From positions 20,956,001 to 21,020,000 of the forward strand of contig NC_091480.1 in the NCBI RefSeq assembly GCF_036971445.1: a DNA stretch of 64,000 bases, written 5' to 3'. The first letter of the stretch is position 1. The number at the start of each line of letters is the position of its first letter. This document shows positions 60,540-64,000 of this stretch, one piece after another. Made by a program: the position numbers and the translations under genes. The stretch is from Narcine bancroftii. Lineage: Eukaryota. Under the pieces are notes generated by a model that ran no database searches, was not told where the DNA came from, and worked only from the letters and a program-made list of their open reading frames with translations.

Positions 60540-61103
60540 ACCAGAAAAAAAATATCAGCTTTTAAATCGAGTTGTGAAACCCTAAAAAAATTTCTCAAAA
60601 ATTGGGGGGGGGGGGGGGGGGGTCAACTTATATGCCGGATATACTTTTGAGTCCTTAAAGTCACCAAAAAAAAGACTGATGTTAATTTAGTGTGTAAGTC
60701 GATGCCGGAAGCACCTCCCCACCACTGGTACCGCCGCCCCCCGACACCTCCACCCTGCTGGGCGCCACTCCTACCTGGGACCCTGAGGTCGCTGTCACCG
60801 CTCCTGCCTGGTAGGCTGAGGTTCCTCCCTCTGGGAACACTATGTCGGCACTCCAGATCTGTGGGCCATCGCCGCTGCTGCCTGGTAGGCCGAGGTTTCT
60901 GCTCCTGCCTGGAACATGAGGTCGCTGCTCCAGATCCGTGGGTCATCGCTGTTGCTGCCTGGTAGGCCAAGGCTTTTATTCATTTACTTAATTTACAGCT
61001 TTGTTACTTGTGATTGGGATATTTTAAAATTTTTTGGGTTGTTCCTGGGAGGCCCAGACAGCCTGAAAAATGGGGGTCGACTTGTACGTTGAAATATACG
61101 GTA
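60540..61103. mobile_element. Tc1/mariner (pogo-like) non-autonomous element with GC-rich internal subrepeats
   Basis: Right end ggggtcgacttgtacgttgaaatatacgg+TA; internal partial repeat ggggtcaacttatatgccggatatac; three gcctggtaggc units. Confidence 0.6.
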
Positions 61104-61399
61104 TCACAACTATGCATATATATATATATATGCATATTAATCACACAAATAAATCTATATACATATTGAAATAATGTCATATAATAAAATTAACATATGC
61201 AATGCAATATAATGTGACTTATTATCAAACTATGAAACTTCAAAGAGCTCATATGATAACCAACATCTAAACATTAAATGAATATCTCAATGTTAACTTC
61301 AAAAAATTCTTAATTTGATTATCAAAATATATGATTTTTTAAAAATTAATTGGTAAAAGATTCTAGAAATGGTTCATCAATTGAATTATTTTTTGAAAA

Positions 61400-61636
61400 A
61401 TTAGACATACACCACTGTAACAGGCCAATTCAGCCCTACGAGTCCATGCTGCCCATTAACCTACACCCCAATATATTTTTGAAGGGTTGTAGGAAACCAG
61501 AGTGTCCGGAGAAAACCCACGCAGACACTGGGAGAACATCCGAACTCCTTACAGACAGCGCAAGATTCAAACCCCGGTCTGGTCCTGATTGGTGGCACTG
61601 TAAAGGCATTGTGCTAACTGTTAGGCCAACCATGCC
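61400..61636 (-). mobile_element. V-SINE/HE1-like SINE
   Basis: gaaaccagagtgtccggagaaaacccacgcagacactgggagaacatccgaactcc core. Confidence 0.85.
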
Positions 61637-63094
61637 TCTCAGACAGAATAAAATAATTTGTTGGCAATTAATATAAAATTTGCAATTAGTGTAGAAAAAT
61701 CACTGGTTGTGTCATGAATTGTTCGTTGAGCTCAAAACATTAGAATTATTGGTGTGGTCTCAGATCTCAAGGACGCAGGTGTGTTATTTGCTGATTGACA
61801 ATAAGCCAGTGCAAAATGCCTAATTTAATCAAAGAGCAGCCATCAAGATCAATGGCACAGGGCTACTACTTGAACCGGTCACATTAAGACTCCTTGGAAT
61901 GCACTAAATAATAACATCGGTGAAAGCACACTATTGGTATCAAATGCATTTTACATTAGAGCGCCCAGCGGAATGTAATTGAAGATGTATTACTTACAAG
62001 TCATTGTGATTTTGAATAAAACGTGTTCTTGAATATACAAATAATTAGATGAATATTTATCATTTACCATCAAGTCCATTTGTAACAAATGTATGGAATC
62101 CAGGTTCCAAATTATTTTGATTTCAATTTTAAAAAAACAGATAGCGTCAAGGCTGCTCAGAGCCTTGATTCATTTCGACAGAATGCACTGGCCTATTGTC
62201 AATTGGCAAATAGCACACCTGTGTCTTTGAGATCCGAGACCACACGAATAATTGTAATGTTTTGAGCGAAAAGAACAACTTATGACACATCCAGTGATTT
62301 TTCTCTATTAATTTCATATTTTTTTATTAAGTCAATTAATAATTTTATTTTGTCCTTTAATCATTCAAACAATTGATAGCCTATTCCTAAAACTTTTTAT
62401 ACCAGATAAAGTTATATTTCCTCTCAGATCCTAAAGATGAAGTGAATTGAATTCTTCATTGTCATGTGTACTGGGATACAGTGAAAAACTTGGTTTTCTG
62501 CACTGACCTGGCAACACAAAAAATGTCACAAGGGTCCAGCACCATTGTGGATTTTCAAGAAAGGTTCATGGAAAGCCACAACAGGTAACAAGATGAATCA
62601 CGACAAGGTTAACAACTGTAAATGACCCTTTAGTACAAGTGTAGGGCAAAAGGAATCAAGGTGGAATTGAAGTGAGAGATAAAAAGCAGCAGGGGAATAA
62701 GGAGTAATGGAAGAAATGCTTCCCAGGGATTGGGCATGGATGCAATAGGCCATAGAGCCGGTTTCTGTGCCAGTACACATATAAGGTGAGAAAAAGCTGG
62801 AGAAGTGGGGCCAACTAGCTTTGCTTCTTCAATGAACTGGTATGGGCTGAATGCCCTCATTTTGTTGTTCTTAAAAATTCAATGACTATAACGAAGTGGC
62901 CCAACACTCACTGAAATTTCCTCTTCCAGACTGATTCAGCCTGAAGTATAAAACAAGGGTAAGTGATCAACCAAAAGACTCAAGAGACCCATTGCTCATC
63001 TGGTCAAAGTGCGCAGCTTCAGTGATTTCCCATTCAGCAGTTGATCTACCCCAAATAAGTTCTCCACCTTTCTTCGAAGGAAGTTCTGTGAGAA

Positions 63095-63272
63095 TCTCTC
63101 TCACTGCCTCCCATCTACCCTCCCTGCTGCTCTCAAACTCTACACTGTACTTCTGCCCCTCCTATTCTTCCCTTTTTACCAGCCTTTTAATATAGGCACC
63201 TGTCTGCTTTTCACTCACACCTTGAGGAAGGCCTCAGGCCCGAAATGTCAGTAAATATATTTTTGCCACCTA
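63095..63272 (+). mobile_element. Penelope-like 3' terminus fragment
   Basis: Pyrimidine tract followed by caccttgaggaaggcctcaggcccgaaatgtc. Confidence 0.65.
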
Positions 63273-64000
63273 TGATTTTAACTTTTCTTTTTAAAAACAG
63301 ATAACGTCAAGGCTGCTAAGATCCTTGATTCATTTAGACACAAGGCACTGGCTTATTGCAGTCACACAAAATCTTTCAATGTCCCACACAATTTTCTGCT
63401 TTTACTTAAACTACTTACAGATGTTGCTTGAGTGATAATCTGGCATATGTTTACTTGAAAATGTTGCAAATGAGTGAAAGGTCTATATATGGTTGCACCT
63501 TTACGTGTTTCCCTCACGCATTGTAGACTTGCTATCTTTTTATAGGGGCACAGACATTTCCAGATATTTGAGGTCCTCAAATGTCTTTTACACAATTGGG
63601 AACAAAAAAGGGGAAGACCTTCAAATGGCCACAGACGGGGGTCATTATTTTAAAAGGATAACAATGGTGAAAATCATTTTGAGAAAATTCATCAACTGCG
63701 AATGCAGACCTGGTGAGAAAGAAGCAGGTCTTTCATTTGTATAAAGCCTCAATAAGTTTAAGCAGTTTATGGTGAATATTTTCGATATCTAATCATGCAG
63801 GAGGATTTTATGTCAGATTTTGAAGTTGTATCAATTGTGCAAAAATAGAAATCTCATTCAAAATAATTTTTGTAATTTTCACCCCACAGTCCAAATAGAT
63901 TCAGCTGCTGAAGCAATGAAATCATCTGGTTTATGTAGTTAAAAGAACAAAAGTTCAATATAATTGCATATTCTACAAAATGATCTGAGGGGATTTGCCA

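Noticed and set aside
60602-60622. Long G homopolymers (also about 5938, 12119, 14337, 32697, 45733)
   Set aside because: Common simple repeats of unreliable length in assemblies; no further structure

Overview
AT-rich, repeat-dense vertebrate DNA. The repeat mix (V-SINE/HE1-type SINEs, CR1, Rex1/Babar, RTE, Penelope-like elements) points to a cartilaginous fish, probably a ray or skate (inference). The one protein-coding gene I can support is a complete minus-strand Notum-family carboxylesterase, most likely notum2. It has 11 coding exons (44069 to 23552), all with GT-AG introns, giving 1491 nt = 496 aa + stop, with an intact Ser-Asp-His triad. A splice acceptor just before the ATG implies upstream non-coding exon(s), and a TCF/LEF-site cluster lies near 45.2-45.7 kb. 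The rest is intergenic or intronic. It holds a young 5'-truncated RTE LINE, an internally deleted L1 with TSDs, four solo LTRs, a composite hAT MITE family, and many Penelope-like fragments whose termini carry minimal hammerhead-ribozyme motifs. There is also an orphan CpG island next to a perfect 20x31-bp G-rich minisatellite, and several short non-TE duplications that may be regulatory. All calls were made by eye; no searches were run. Repeat boundaries without TSDs or terminal repeats are approximate.
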